A stretch of 40,006 nucleotides of DNA, taken from positions 1-40,006 of IMG/VR virus record IMGVR_UViG_3300045988_085556; one strand, 5' to 3'. The translations under genes were made by a program, and so were the position numbers. Origin of the DNA: a virus. Positions 1 to 7,809 of this stretch are shown here, one piece after another; the first letter of the stretch is position 1; each line of letters opens with the position of its first letter. Below the pieces are notes generated by a model. It ran no database searches and was not told where the DNA came from. It worked only from the letters and a program-made list of their open reading frames with translations.

Positions 1-99
1 ATTTTTTTTGCTTCACTTCTTCTGACAATCTCTTAAAGATATCTTTGCACTGATGCTCAAAAGCCTCTTTCTCTTCCTTGGCATACTCCCTTGGATGAA
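1..99. repeat. terminal overlap, copy 1 (identical to 39908-40006)
   Basis: direct comparison of both window ends. Confidence 0.95.
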
Positions 100-268
100 G
101 GAACGCTTCCCTTTTTTCACGAGTCATGCTTTTCTTTTCATCCTCAGAAAATCTCACATACTCCAAATCGGTTCTCAGCAAAAAGCATTCATGCGGAGAT
201 AACTCTTCTTTCCTATGTTCCTGCTCCTCTCTGGGCAACAGCAACCACTCGCGCGCCGTCAATGCCAT
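1..268 (-). CDS. 89-aa protein directly downstream of the MuF-toxin gene; candidate immunity protein (stop TGA spans the junction: bases 1, 39907, 39906)
   Basis: The ATG at 268 overlaps the MuF stop (ATGA) and has SD GGAGGAGG upstream. The frame is open to base 1. It is absent from the ORF track because the window edge cuts it. Translation MALTAREWLLLPREEQEHRKEELSPHECFLL...RLSEEVKQKK. Confidence 0.6.
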   Translation of the reverse strand, partial: MALTAREWLLLPREEQEHRKEELSPHECFLLRTDLEYVRFSEDEKKSMTREKREAFLHPREYAKEEKEAFEHQCKDIFKRLSEEVKQKK

Positions 269-1794
269 CACTCCACCTCCTCCAAAAGAATGTAATATTT
301 ATCGTCTTGTTTCACTTTATTTAGTACCTTAAATTTACTCATAACAGGATAAAGCACTTCTTTTTCCATATCGTTCATGTCACCTAAATCTTTGGCTTTT
401 TTAGCATTTTGAATATAAATCTGCACTTTGGCAGCCTCATCATAAAATCCCTCTTTTGTTGCAGATAAATATTGGCTTGGTATATATTCCTCACCTATTT
501 TCATTTTGTTATAAAAATTCTTTGCCTCTATATCATGAATAAAAATAAGCGATCGGTTTAAATCACCCTCATAATATGGTAATTTTTCTAATGCTTTATC
601 TAATTTTATTATCCAATCTTTTTCCGATTCTGTCAATGCCTCATGACGACGTAATTTATCATTTAACACATATGAATCAGGACTGACATAACGTATAATA
701 GCACCCTTTTCGTCTTGTGTAAGTTCCGCTATCTGTTGTGACCATATCTTCTCTTTACGCTTGTAATCTTCCCGATTATCACCATCTAACGAAAATCTTG
801 CCAACCTGCTATATTTTGCCTTCTGCCTTGCCACATACTGTTGCCTGGCCTCCTGCCTGCTCTGCTTCTCAATATCTGCCAGCTCCTGCCTGCTGAACTT
901 ATCATCCGGGGGAGTGCTGATGCCTGGAAAGTATGTAGTATGGCTATCCTTGCACCGTGGATGATATAGTCCTGCAGATATGGCAGAGCTCATGAGAGGA
1001 TAATCCCCATCTGCCTTGCTCCCGCCGCTCCAGACATCATCAATCAGCACCTTACCCACAAAAGGCAGGCACTTAGGACATGGATTCCCGCGCTTGTTCA
1101 TGATGACAAGATGCAGGCCCCACTCCTGCCGTTTCTGGCCCTCTCCCTGCAGGTATGCCCGCTTACTGGCCGTCCTGATTGCCATATCAGCATAATCAGA
1201 CAATGTGTGCCTGGCTCCATTGGCATACTCAACGCAATTAAGACCTGCAGACAGCATATCCTTTGTGGCCATATCCACAGCCTTTTCGTAGGTGCCAGCG
1301 CCGGTATTGGCATACACCTGGGCATTATAGATAATCTTACGATACTGGTCATTTGCCATACGCAAGACTGCCGTTTCGGCTTTCTGCATATCATCCGTGG
1401 TGGCTTTTATAAGGGCATCCAGTTTCCGGTCATTGATTTTAAAGAACTCAGCCGTTGCTCCCTTACTGATTTTCTTAGCGGGCAGACCTTTCTTTATAGC
1501 CCTCAATATTGCCTTTTCTTGGTCCATACCGCCTTGCTGATGAGCAGCATAGATCAGGGATTCGATTTCTTTGTTAATGTCTTTAAACTGCCCCTTAAAC
1601 CGCTTCTGATTATCCTTCTTGTAATTTTCCAGGGACTTAAGCTGCAAAGCCTGCCACTGTTCCCAGTGCATTCCCTCCGCATCCTCCCATGCACGATGAC
1701 GCTTCATATTGCGGACCATTGAGGCCATTAGCTCCTCCTCAATCGCCTGGAAGGCTTTACCGATGTCGTACTCATCATTAATCTTTCTTGCCAT
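268..1794 (-). CDS. MuF / SPP1 gp7-type head morphogenesis (minor capsid) protein with C-terminal ADP-ribosyltransferase-like toxin domain
   Basis: N-terminal and central MuF-like region (…GNPCPKCLPFVGKV…YHPRCKDSHTTYFPG). The C-terminal ~150 aa carry YVLNDKLRR, LNRSL, YLSATKEG (STS-like) and EKEVLYP (ExE) motifs. Confidence 0.85.
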   Translation of the reverse strand: MARKINDEYDIGKAFQAIEEELMASMVRNMKRHRAWEDAEGMHWEQWQALQLKSLENYKKDNQKRFKGQFKDINKEIESLIYAAHQQGGMDQEKAILRAIKKGLPAKKISKGATAEFFKINDRKLDALIKATTDDMQKAETAVLRMANDQYRKIIYNAQVYANTGAGTYEKAVDMATKDMLSAGLNCVEYANGARHTLSDYADMAIRTASKRAYLQGEGQKRQEWGLHLVIMNKRGNPCPKCLPFVGKVLIDDVWSGGSKADGDYPLMSSAISAGLYHPRCKDSHTTYFPGISTPPDDKFSRQELADIEKQSRQEARQQYVARQKAKYSRLARFSLDGDNREDYKRKEKIWSQQIAELTQDEKGAIIRYVSPDSYVLNDKLRRHEALTESEKDWIIKLDKALEKLPYYEGDLNRSLIFIHDIEAKNFYNKMKIGEEYIPSQYLSATKEGFYDEAAKVQIYIQNAKKAKDLGDMNDMEKEVLYPVMSKFKVLNKVKQDDKYYILLEEVE

Positions 1795-2005
1795 TGGCCA
1801 TCACCTTAAATCCCTGCGTCCTAAACTGCCTTGTCAACGCCTTAAGTTGTGTGGTGCTCTTACAGTGATCATGTCTAAGCTCCGCATAATCAGATTCTTC
1901 CAGGGCGTATATTCCCAGGGGCACCTGCTCCCTGACCATTTCCAGCAGTCCCTGATACTCCTTCCTGGTCATCCGGTATATTCTGGCTCCGATTTTCACC
2001 TTCAA
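1778..2005 (-). CDS. hypothetical 75-aa protein between portal and MuF genes
   Basis: ORF with TTG start and a GGAAGGGG-like SD. It overlaps the low-complexity portal 3' end, and the start is uncertain. Confidence 0.45.
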   Translation of the reverse strand: MKVKIGARIYRMTRKEYQGLLEMVREQVPLGIYALEESDYAELRHDHCKSTTQLKALTRQFRTQGFKVMANGKKD

Positions 2006-3488
2006 TCACGTTCACCCCTTCCAGATTCAGTGCTGGCTCTTCTACTTCAGAAATTCCTTGTTCCGCTTTTAGCCGGGCTATTTCCTCTTGCTTACAATGC
2101 TCGTCCAGTGTATCCCCGTAGAGTTCTTCCACGCACCTTTCAATGCTCATGATTCCCTGTGTCTTAGCTTTTCCGACTGTTTCCACCTGGCTCTCAAAAC
2201 TTGGATTTGCATATTCGCCAAATGGGATGTTCACATTTACATCTTCTACACCCTCGCGCATCAGAAGGTGATAGGCATTAACGCAGGCTGCCACCACATC
2301 CGGCAGGGTTTCCTGCAGCGCACCTACAATGGCGTTACGGGTGTAGAGCGTGGCCTTTTCCTTTTCACGCTGCGCCTCGGCGTTGTCCAGCTTTTTTACG
2401 TCAATACCCAATGTACTGGGGCTGATAATCCCCTGTAGGCAGAGATCCAGAGCTGTGACATAGCTTGCAAGATAACTCTCATGGGGGATGATTGGTTGAT
2501 CTGTATTGATCACATTTTGCTGCTTGTCACGCATATCTCCGTCAGCGGCAAAATACCGGTTGTCAAACCTATTCGGTCTGATGAGCTGCCCCGTCTCTGG
2601 ATCGTGTGGCACCAGACATTCCGGGATATAAGTTTTCGCCCTGCCGGCTCTGAGCGCATCCATCCACTGTGACCATACCTCGTCAAATGCATCAAAGCTA
2701 TCAAGTTTCCCATCAAAAATAGAGCCTCCCCGGCCTTCATATTTCGCTGATTCATAGATTTGCAGGGGCACCGCTAGAATGATATTCTCGTCAAACTTCC
2801 AGTCCGCCAGGTTGGCTGTAGCCGGGATTGACTTGATATCAACCAGCTTATCATGCAGGTACAACTCATTGATAATGTATCCGTATCCATAACGCTCATT
2901 GAGGACATACATCCTGCCTTGGTCCTTGTAAGGAGTTTTAAATATCACCTCACTTATCCTGTCCCGGCGTCTGACTATCTCTATCTGTTCTCCCGGATAC
3001 CATTCCAAGATAGGATACTCACTTACCTGTGTGTCTATCGTGACTTTAAAAGCCCCGTCCCCGATGTACAGCACTTCTTTCAGGGCCTTTTCCATTTTCT
3101 TTGTAAATTTATTGTCCGCTTCTATTTCCTTCCAGAGCCGTTCCTGCTTGGCGTCCTCGAACTCAAAATCATTCATATCCGCCAGCACAACCGAGGATAG
3201 TATGCGCACGATCAGTCCCGGCAATCCGGTATGGATCTTACGCATTTCCATCCCAGGGCTGCACTTACATGCCCAGAACTTAAACTTGTCCGCATACTCT
3301 GGATTCTGCTGGTGCATCTGCTCCAGCTCATTGCTATCTCCCCTGTACCAAATCCGGTTTCGGATAGCATTTGTCTCAAAGTCAAGGACCTCATTTATTT
3401 GGATGCTGTGTGGGTTTGCCGGCACCACATTCAGCCAGCTTCTGAGGCCGCGCTTAATGCTTTCATTCAATTTTTGTGTCCACCTCAT
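1890..3488 (-). CDS. portal protein (SPP1 gp6-like)
   Basis: 532 aa, position between terminase and MuF, portal-like sequence character with an acidic/Gly-rich C-terminal tail. Confidence 0.88.
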   Translation of the reverse strand: MRWTQKLNESIKRGLRSWLNVVPANPHSIQINEVLDFETNAIRNRIWYRGDSNELEQMHQQNPEYADKFKFWACKCSPGMEMRKIHTGLPGLIVRILSSVVLADMNDFEFEDAKQERLWKEIEADNKFTKKMEKALKEVLYIGDGAFKVTIDTQVSEYPILEWYPGEQIEIVRRRDRISEVIFKTPYKDQGRMYVLNERYGYGYIINELYLHDKLVDIKSIPATANLADWKFDENIILAVPLQIYESAKYEGRGGSIFDGKLDSFDAFDEVWSQWMDALRAGRAKTYIPECLVPHDPETGQLIRPNRFDNRYFAADGDMRDKQQNVINTDQPIIPHESYLASYVTALDLCLQGIISPSTLGIDVKKLDNAEAQREKEKATLYTRNAIVGALQETLPDVVAACVNAYHLLMREGVEDVNVNIPFGEYANPSFESQVETVGKAKTQGIMSIERCVEELYGDTLDEHCKQEEIARLKAEQGISEVEEPALNLEGVNVIEGENRSQNIPDDQEGVSGTAGNGQGAGAPGNIRPGRI

Positions 3489-3502
3489 TTCTTTGCCTCC
3501 TA

Positions 3503-3531
3503 TTGTTATTTCTTGATAAAACTCCTATAAT
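3503..3531 (+). promoter_or_regulatory. sigma-A type promoter TTGTTA-17-TATAAT for the plus-strand moron
   Basis: hexamers at 3503-3508 and 3526-3531 with a 17-nt spacer, about 48 nt upstream of the ATG at 3579. Confidence 0.55.
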
Positions 3532-3578
3532 CTAAGTACAGGCCTGCACGCCGAGTACAAAGGAAAGGAGAAAATCAT

Positions 3579-3809
3579 ATGCGAAGATATACAATGCCTT
3601 TTAATGGCAATCGCTATGTCTTAAATAGAGCCACCGGCGAAATTCATGATTTGGACAATGAAATGCCCAATTGTCAGATTGATGAAATCAAACCTGAAAA
3701 CATAATAAACTGCGCTAGTTATGAAGATGCCGCGCTAAGAGCGGCCTTTTTGTCAGTCAGGGGCGCAAATGGTTGTTATTACTGCAACCCATCTAAAGAC
3801 AATGGATAA
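3579..3809 (+). CDS. 76-aa Cys-containing protein (moron, antisense to the packaging operon)
   Basis: Strong SD AAAGGAAAGGAG and its own promoter. The pattern TGEIHD…C…GC..C.P resembles small Ada-like metal-binding proteins. Confidence 0.7.
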   Translation: MRRYTMPFNGNRYVLNRATGEIHDLDNEMPNCQIDEIKPENIINCASYEDAALRAAFLSVRGANGCYYCNPSKDNG

Positions 3810-3979
3810 TTGCCGGATTCAGCTACAGACCTCAATGTTTGTAGCTGTTCTTCTGATAACTCTGTTGCCAAAAACTCCGTAATATCGTCTGCATTCTTTT
3901 TATCATTCAATATGTCGCAAATCAGAGTTGAAAACTCCCTTACTCCTGTAACTGATTTAAGTGCTTCAAATCTTGTCAT
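3779..3979 (-). CDS. hypothetical 66-aa protein between terL and portal
   Basis: ATG at 3979 overlaps the terL stop (ATGA) and has SD GAGGAGG. The longer track ORF (to 4024) lacks an SD. Confidence 0.65.
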   Translation of the reverse strand: MTRFEALKSVTGVREFSTLICDILNDKKNADDITEFLATELSEEQLQTLRSVAESGNYPLSLDGLQ

Positions 3980-5340
3980 CTTTCTGCCTCCTCGAATCCA
4001 ATCATGTCTCTGTACGGAATCCATGCATACTGGTTAGCATTGATCGTATGGTCATTCCGGTCTTCTGGCGCATCCTTTTCATCATCCCACGAATACCGCT
4101 CCAATTCGCTCAGGTGCTCTGGACAGGTATCTACGACATAATAGCTGCCCTGCTGTATCCACCCCAATTGCAGATTGATGCGGTCAATGATCACAACGCT
4201 TTTGTAGCTGTCTACGAAATTGTAAAGGCAGCCATACAGACGCTTAAATTTACGCAGCTCCGTGATGGTTGCCTGGTCCGCACAATCGACGAAAACATTT
4301 TTTGCGAATCCCCAATCATCTTTACATTGATTGAGGAATCCAATGAAGCGGATAGCTGTATCACTGGGGGCCAGTGGCACATCCAGATTGGCATTGTTAT
4401 ACACCTTCTCAGCAAGGGTATATAATACTCTGTCCTCTGTAATGCCCTGGAATATCATTGCTATGGTATCTGGACTCTTGCTGGAGTAGGATGTATCCAG
4501 CCCTGCCGTAAACTTCCTGAATTTTATCTTTCCTGCCTTGATCTGCTGTTTTAGCCATGTAGCAGTAACTACATGCTTCTTGCGGTCGAAGTTCGGGAAT
4601 ATCAGACCAGTCGCCTTACCACGCAGACCCTGGATTTTGTTCTTCCAGATTTTGGTGCCCTTCGGCGTATTGGCCATAATCCTGTCCAGCATTGTTTTTG
4701 GTAACCCTGCGTTATCAGCAAAAGAAAAGAACCAATGTACCCAACCGGGTTTTGGTTCTTCTTTTAGATCGTCTTTAATTTCCTGTGGGGTATCATCCCC
4801 CCACTCAGGGAGCGGCCTGGAACAGTTGATATACTCCTTGTACACATCCAGTCCGGGGTCATCCGGATTAAGTGTTGCCATCAGATAATCAGACCTCATG
4901 GCAGCCTCACGGACAAACTCAATATCCGCCGTGTTAATCTCATCAATGTACAGACAGCCGTACTGTCCGCCCAGAGCATCTTTCCACTTGCTCTTGTTGC
5001 CGTAACCAACGACAAATACTATTTTGTCTCCAGCAGACGTGTGAAACAGGAGATGCGGCATCTTATACTCACCGGATCCGTTGCCCTTGTATTCCACCAA
5101 TACCCCGAAATCATCCAGGATTCCAAGGTCTTTCTGGATAATATTCTTCTCGGCTGCTCCTGTATCGTCTGCTGCAAGGATATGGAGTTTTTTAGGCGAT
5201 TCCGCCACTTTCAGCATAAATTTAAACAATCCTACTGTAGTTTTGCCCGCAGCCGTTGTGCCCTCCAGGAACTCCACAGGGGCGTTACATTTCAGGAATG
5301 CCTTATACTTCTCTGATAATACCAGTCTTTCATCACTCAT
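3976..5340 (-). CDS. terL: terminase large subunit (PBSX/Terminase_6-like)
   Basis: 454 aa, Walker A GTTAAGKTT, position after terS. Confidence 0.92.
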   Translation of the reverse strand: MSDERLVLSEKYKAFLKCNAPVEFLEGTTAAGKTTVGLFKFMLKVAESPKKLHILAADDTGAAEKNIIQKDLGILDDFGVLVEYKGNGSGEYKMPHLLFHTSAGDKIVFVVGYGNKSKWKDALGGQYGCLYIDEINTADIEFVREAAMRSDYLMATLNPDDPGLDVYKEYINCSRPLPEWGDDTPQEIKDDLKEEPKPGWVHWFFSFADNAGLPKTMLDRIMANTPKGTKIWKNKIQGLRGKATGLIFPNFDRKKHVVTATWLKQQIKAGKIKFRKFTAGLDTSYSSKSPDTIAMIFQGITEDRVLYTLAEKVYNNANLDVPLAPSDTAIRFIGFLNQCKDDWGFAKNVFVDCADQATITELRKFKRLYGCLYNFVDSYKSVVIIDRINLQLGWIQQGSYYVVDTCPEHLSELERYSWDDEKDAPEDRNDHTINANQYAWIPYRDMIGFEEAER

Positions 5341-5780
5341 TATCCATCACCACGCATCTGCTGGATCAGGTCGTCCAGCTTTGTCTTCTCGGTATCCAGA
5401 CTTCCGGAGATGTTGGTATCCTGCTTTGTGGTATAGCCGTATTTGCTCATCCACAAGCCGGCCAACTGAGACGGAATCATCTGTAGCTCAAATTTCTTGC
5501 GGGCATCTACTTCGCATTCCTCCCTCATGCGCGTGACGATGTCAGTATATTTTTTCTTCTCTGCATAATTGCTGTAGAACTGTTGTCGTGAAATCCCTGC
5601 AAATGCGCAAAATCCTTCGATTGTATATGTGATACTACGACGCAACTCCTTACTGACAAACTCGCTGTTCTTTGAAGAGAAGTCATGGGTAAGAACCATC
5701 TGATTGTCACAATCCTCTTTGTACATTTCCCATTTCTCTTGCAGTTCTTCCGGGCTGCTAAACCGTAATTTTCTTCCCAT
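5340..5780 (-). CDS. terS: terminase small subunit
   Basis: 146 aa; the N-terminus MGRKLRFSSPEELQEKWEMYKEDC is typical of Firmicutes phage TerS; its stop overlaps the terL start. Confidence 0.8.
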   Translation of the reverse strand: MGRKLRFSSPEELQEKWEMYKEDCDNQMVLTHDFSSKNSEFVSKELRRSITYTIEGFCAFAGISRQQFYSNYAEKKKYTDIVTRMREECEVDARKKFELQMIPSQLAGLWMSKYGYTTKQDTNISGSLDTEKTKLDDLIQQMRGDG

Positions 5781-5840
5781 GATTTCACCTCACTTTCTGC
5801 ACGCAAAAGAGCCTACCCGATAGGCGGCTCCCACTCGTTG

Positions 5841-6107
5841 TTAATCTATATCTATCTTATTCAAAACATATTCATATTCTGCCTGCGGAATGCATACAAA
5901 ATCGCTATTTACGCCTCTCAAAACTTTATCTCCATTCCGCATCATCATTTCTCTTACACATGCCAAAGGGGCCTGCTCGCTTTTAAGTGTAGAGGGTACC
6001 CCCATTGGACCGCGCGGATCTCCCTCACTTGGCCTGCACAATGCTGCCAGCTCTGTGCTCATATCTACCAGGCATTCTTCTGTTCTTCCATATTTTCTTA
6101 CAAACAT
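5841..6107 (-). CDS. hypothetical 88-aa protein upstream of terS
   Basis: strong SD GAGGGAGG 6 nt upstream of the ATG. Confidence 0.6.
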   Translation of the reverse strand: MFVRKYGRTEECLVDMSTELAALCRPSEGDPRGPMGVPSTLKSEQAPLACVREMMMRNGDKVLRGVNSDFVCIPQAEYEYVLNKIDID

Positions 6108-6907
6108 GTTTTGCCTCCCTCTATGTCAAACCGCACGCAAAAACACCCAGCCAGCATATCGCTAACCAGGTGCCTCTGTTTCTTTTTTTCTGCCTTTCGG
6201 CGAAGCGGACGCATCCGGAATCGAACCGGAACCCAGGGCGCGACCCTGCCCATCTTCCATTGATGGTATGCTCCACACATTGCACCGCCGTAACGGTGCC
6301 GTTATCCCACACCCGGGACATGCGGTTTAAAGTATATGCACTGCAAACTTACCCCGGACACCAGGGAATCTTATGCTCTCTATAAACTGCTTGCACTTCC
6401 AGAGCACTACCCGTAATTGCCGGACTACTGCAATCACCGGCTAGTCTCATCTATTACGGATAAAGTTTTTTACAGCTTTATAGCATTGCAGGACTTCAAG
6501 CTGTGCAGAAATATGTTTTTCCGCTTTTGGTATCAGAACCCCCTCACAACTCCACCCAGGGACGTCTCCCATGTTCTTTACTCCGCGCCCGTTTTCTGGC
6601 CGTTGGTACCATGACAATGATACGGACGTTTTGCTTTTTATTTTTCGCTGGCAAGCCCCACATGCGTCACCAGCGGAGAGGTTGTAGTTAATCGGTTCCC
6701 CCGGCGGAGGGTTCACCTCACTCATAAAAATATATCAAGGAGTGACGGTTTTTGTGGCTTTATCCTCAAGGCACCGCCTGGCCTGATTCGGCTACCAGGC
6801 TATGACACCTGGCAGCCGTAACAAACGGAGGATAGTCAACATCCACGTGAGCCGTTTGCTTTCGCCCACTGGCTCTATTGTTATTATATATATGTTTTTT
6901 ATGCGTG
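6108..6907 (-). ncRNA. candidate large structured non-coding RNA / late-operon leader (ORF-free, helix-rich)
   Basis: There is no SD-preceded ORF in about 800 bp of an otherwise tightly packed genome. Many 5-7 bp helices are listed in the findings. A TATAAT (rc of 6873-6878) lies just after the late-activator stop, and a tRNA-like module sits at the 3' side. Confidence 0.35.
6207..6274 (-). ncRNA. 68-nt tRNA-shaped element with canonical T-arm (not a canonical tRNA)
   Basis: On the minus strand: TCCGG-TTCGATT-CCGGA T-arm, two further 5-bp hairpins (CCATC/GATGG, CAGGG/CCCTG), and an imperfect closing helix GGAGCA/TGC(G)TCC. Confidence 0.4.
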
Positions 6908-7327
6908 CTATGCGTTTTTAAGGAAATCATCAATCTTTCGGCTTATTCTGCTCTGGTCAAGATGGACTCTCTTTGCAATCTTAGTTTGGGTGGGCTTCTT
7001 ATCTCCCTCAGTATAATACAACTTGAAGATTCTCCTGGTCACGCTATCCCGAATATTTTCCACGAAGTCCTCCACCGCTTTGCACTCCTGCTCCAGCCTT
7101 TCCTTCCGCCGCATATCCCGATTCTGAAGCCGTTCATATCGTTCCTGGTCAAAACCAGCCACCCCTTCTGGTATCGGATACCCTTTCTTGTAATTCAGGA
7201 TCGTGTCAACACTTATCATAGATTCGCTTTTCCAGCGATTCCTCAGGATATAGTCCAGCTCTTTTATTTCTTGCTTTTTACTCCTGTATGATATCAGCAT
7301 TTCTTTTGTCATCCTCATTGCGCTCAC
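6908..7327 (-). CDS. late-gene transcriptional activator, sigma-70 region-4-like HTH (RinA/ArpU/DUF1492-type)
   Basis: The C-terminal RIFKLYYTEG…TQTKIAKRVHLDQSRISRKI resembles a sigma region 4 HTH, and the gene lies just upstream of the packaging genes. Confidence 0.7.
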   Translation of the reverse strand: MSAMRMTKEMLISYRSKKQEIKELDYILRNRWKSESMISVDTILNYKKGYPIPEGVAGFDQERYERLQNRDMRRKERLEQECKAVEDFVENIRDSVTRRIFKLYYTEGDKKPTQTKIAKRVHLDQSRISRKIDDFLKNA

Positions 7328-7512
7328 CTCCCGTACCAGTACCGTTTCCCGCTCTTCCGGTCCTCCAGCTCTACACTTTTAATCCTCAATCCCACCATCC
7401 CCGCAACCAGCTTGAGTGTATGTACCACGTCCATGATGTGTTTGGGCAGCCTGTCCGCCTCATAGATTGCTTTGCCGGCCGTGTTATCTGTATATCCTTC
7501 ACCGTTTTTCAT
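7324..7512 (-). CDS. hypothetical 62-aa protein
   Basis: ORF overlaps its neighbours by 4 nt on both sides. Confidence 0.6.
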   Translation of the reverse strand: MKNGEGYTDNTAGKAIYEADRLPKHIMDVVHTLKLVAGMVGLRIKSVELEDRKSGKRYWYGR

Positions 7513-7670
7513 ACTCTCTCCTTCCAGCTCCTACATGTTTCACACCGCTGTTTACTGCTGACTAGAATCCCTTTTATCAATGCTGCCCTTGGGCATCCAG
7601 GACCAACTAATACGGCAACTTTTCCCACCTTCTGACTATGTATACAGGTTTTATATTTTGGTTCATTCAT
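7509..7670 (-). CDS. hypothetical 53-aa Cys-rich (zinc-ribbon-like) protein, below track cutoff
   Basis: SD GGAGGA 6 nt upstream of ATG 7670. Translation MNEPKYKTCIHS…GPGCP…QRCETCRSWKERV. The stop overlaps the next ATG. Confidence 0.5.
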   Translation of the reverse strand: MNEPKYKTCIHSQKVGKVAVLVGPGCPRAALIKGILVSSKQRCETCRSWKERV

Positions 7671-7809
7671 GGATCGTCCTCCATCTTAATATCATCATTC
7701 TCTTCTTCGCTTTGATTTCCTGCTTTTTATGCTGCTTATGCCAGCGCCGCCGCCAGCCATCCAGGTAGCGCTGGAGGTCTGTGATCCTCCGCTCTCTGTC
7801 ATCCATCAT
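7663..7809 (-). CDS. hypothetical 48-aa basic peptide, below track cutoff
   Basis: ATG overlaps the upstream stop (ATGA). Translation MMDDRERRITDLQRYLDGWRRRWHKQHKKQEIKAKKRMMILRWRTIHE. Confidence 0.35.
   Translation of the reverse strand: MMDDRERRITDLQRYLDGWRRRWHKQHKKQEIKAKKRMMILRWRTIHE

Noticed and set aside
1098-2152. ORFs 1098..1394(-), 1111..1722(+) and 1709..2152(+) overlapping the MuF and portal genes
   Set aside because: They are alternative-frame or antisense ORFs inside strongly supported genes, with no SDs.
6005-6725. ORFs 6005..6385(+), 6098..6321(-), 6417..6614(+), 6447..6725(-) and 6503..6691(+) as possible protein genes in the large gap
   Set aside because: None has a Shine-Dalgarno sequence at a sensible distance. 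They overlap each other on both strands and their compositions look random. The region is better explained as non-coding.
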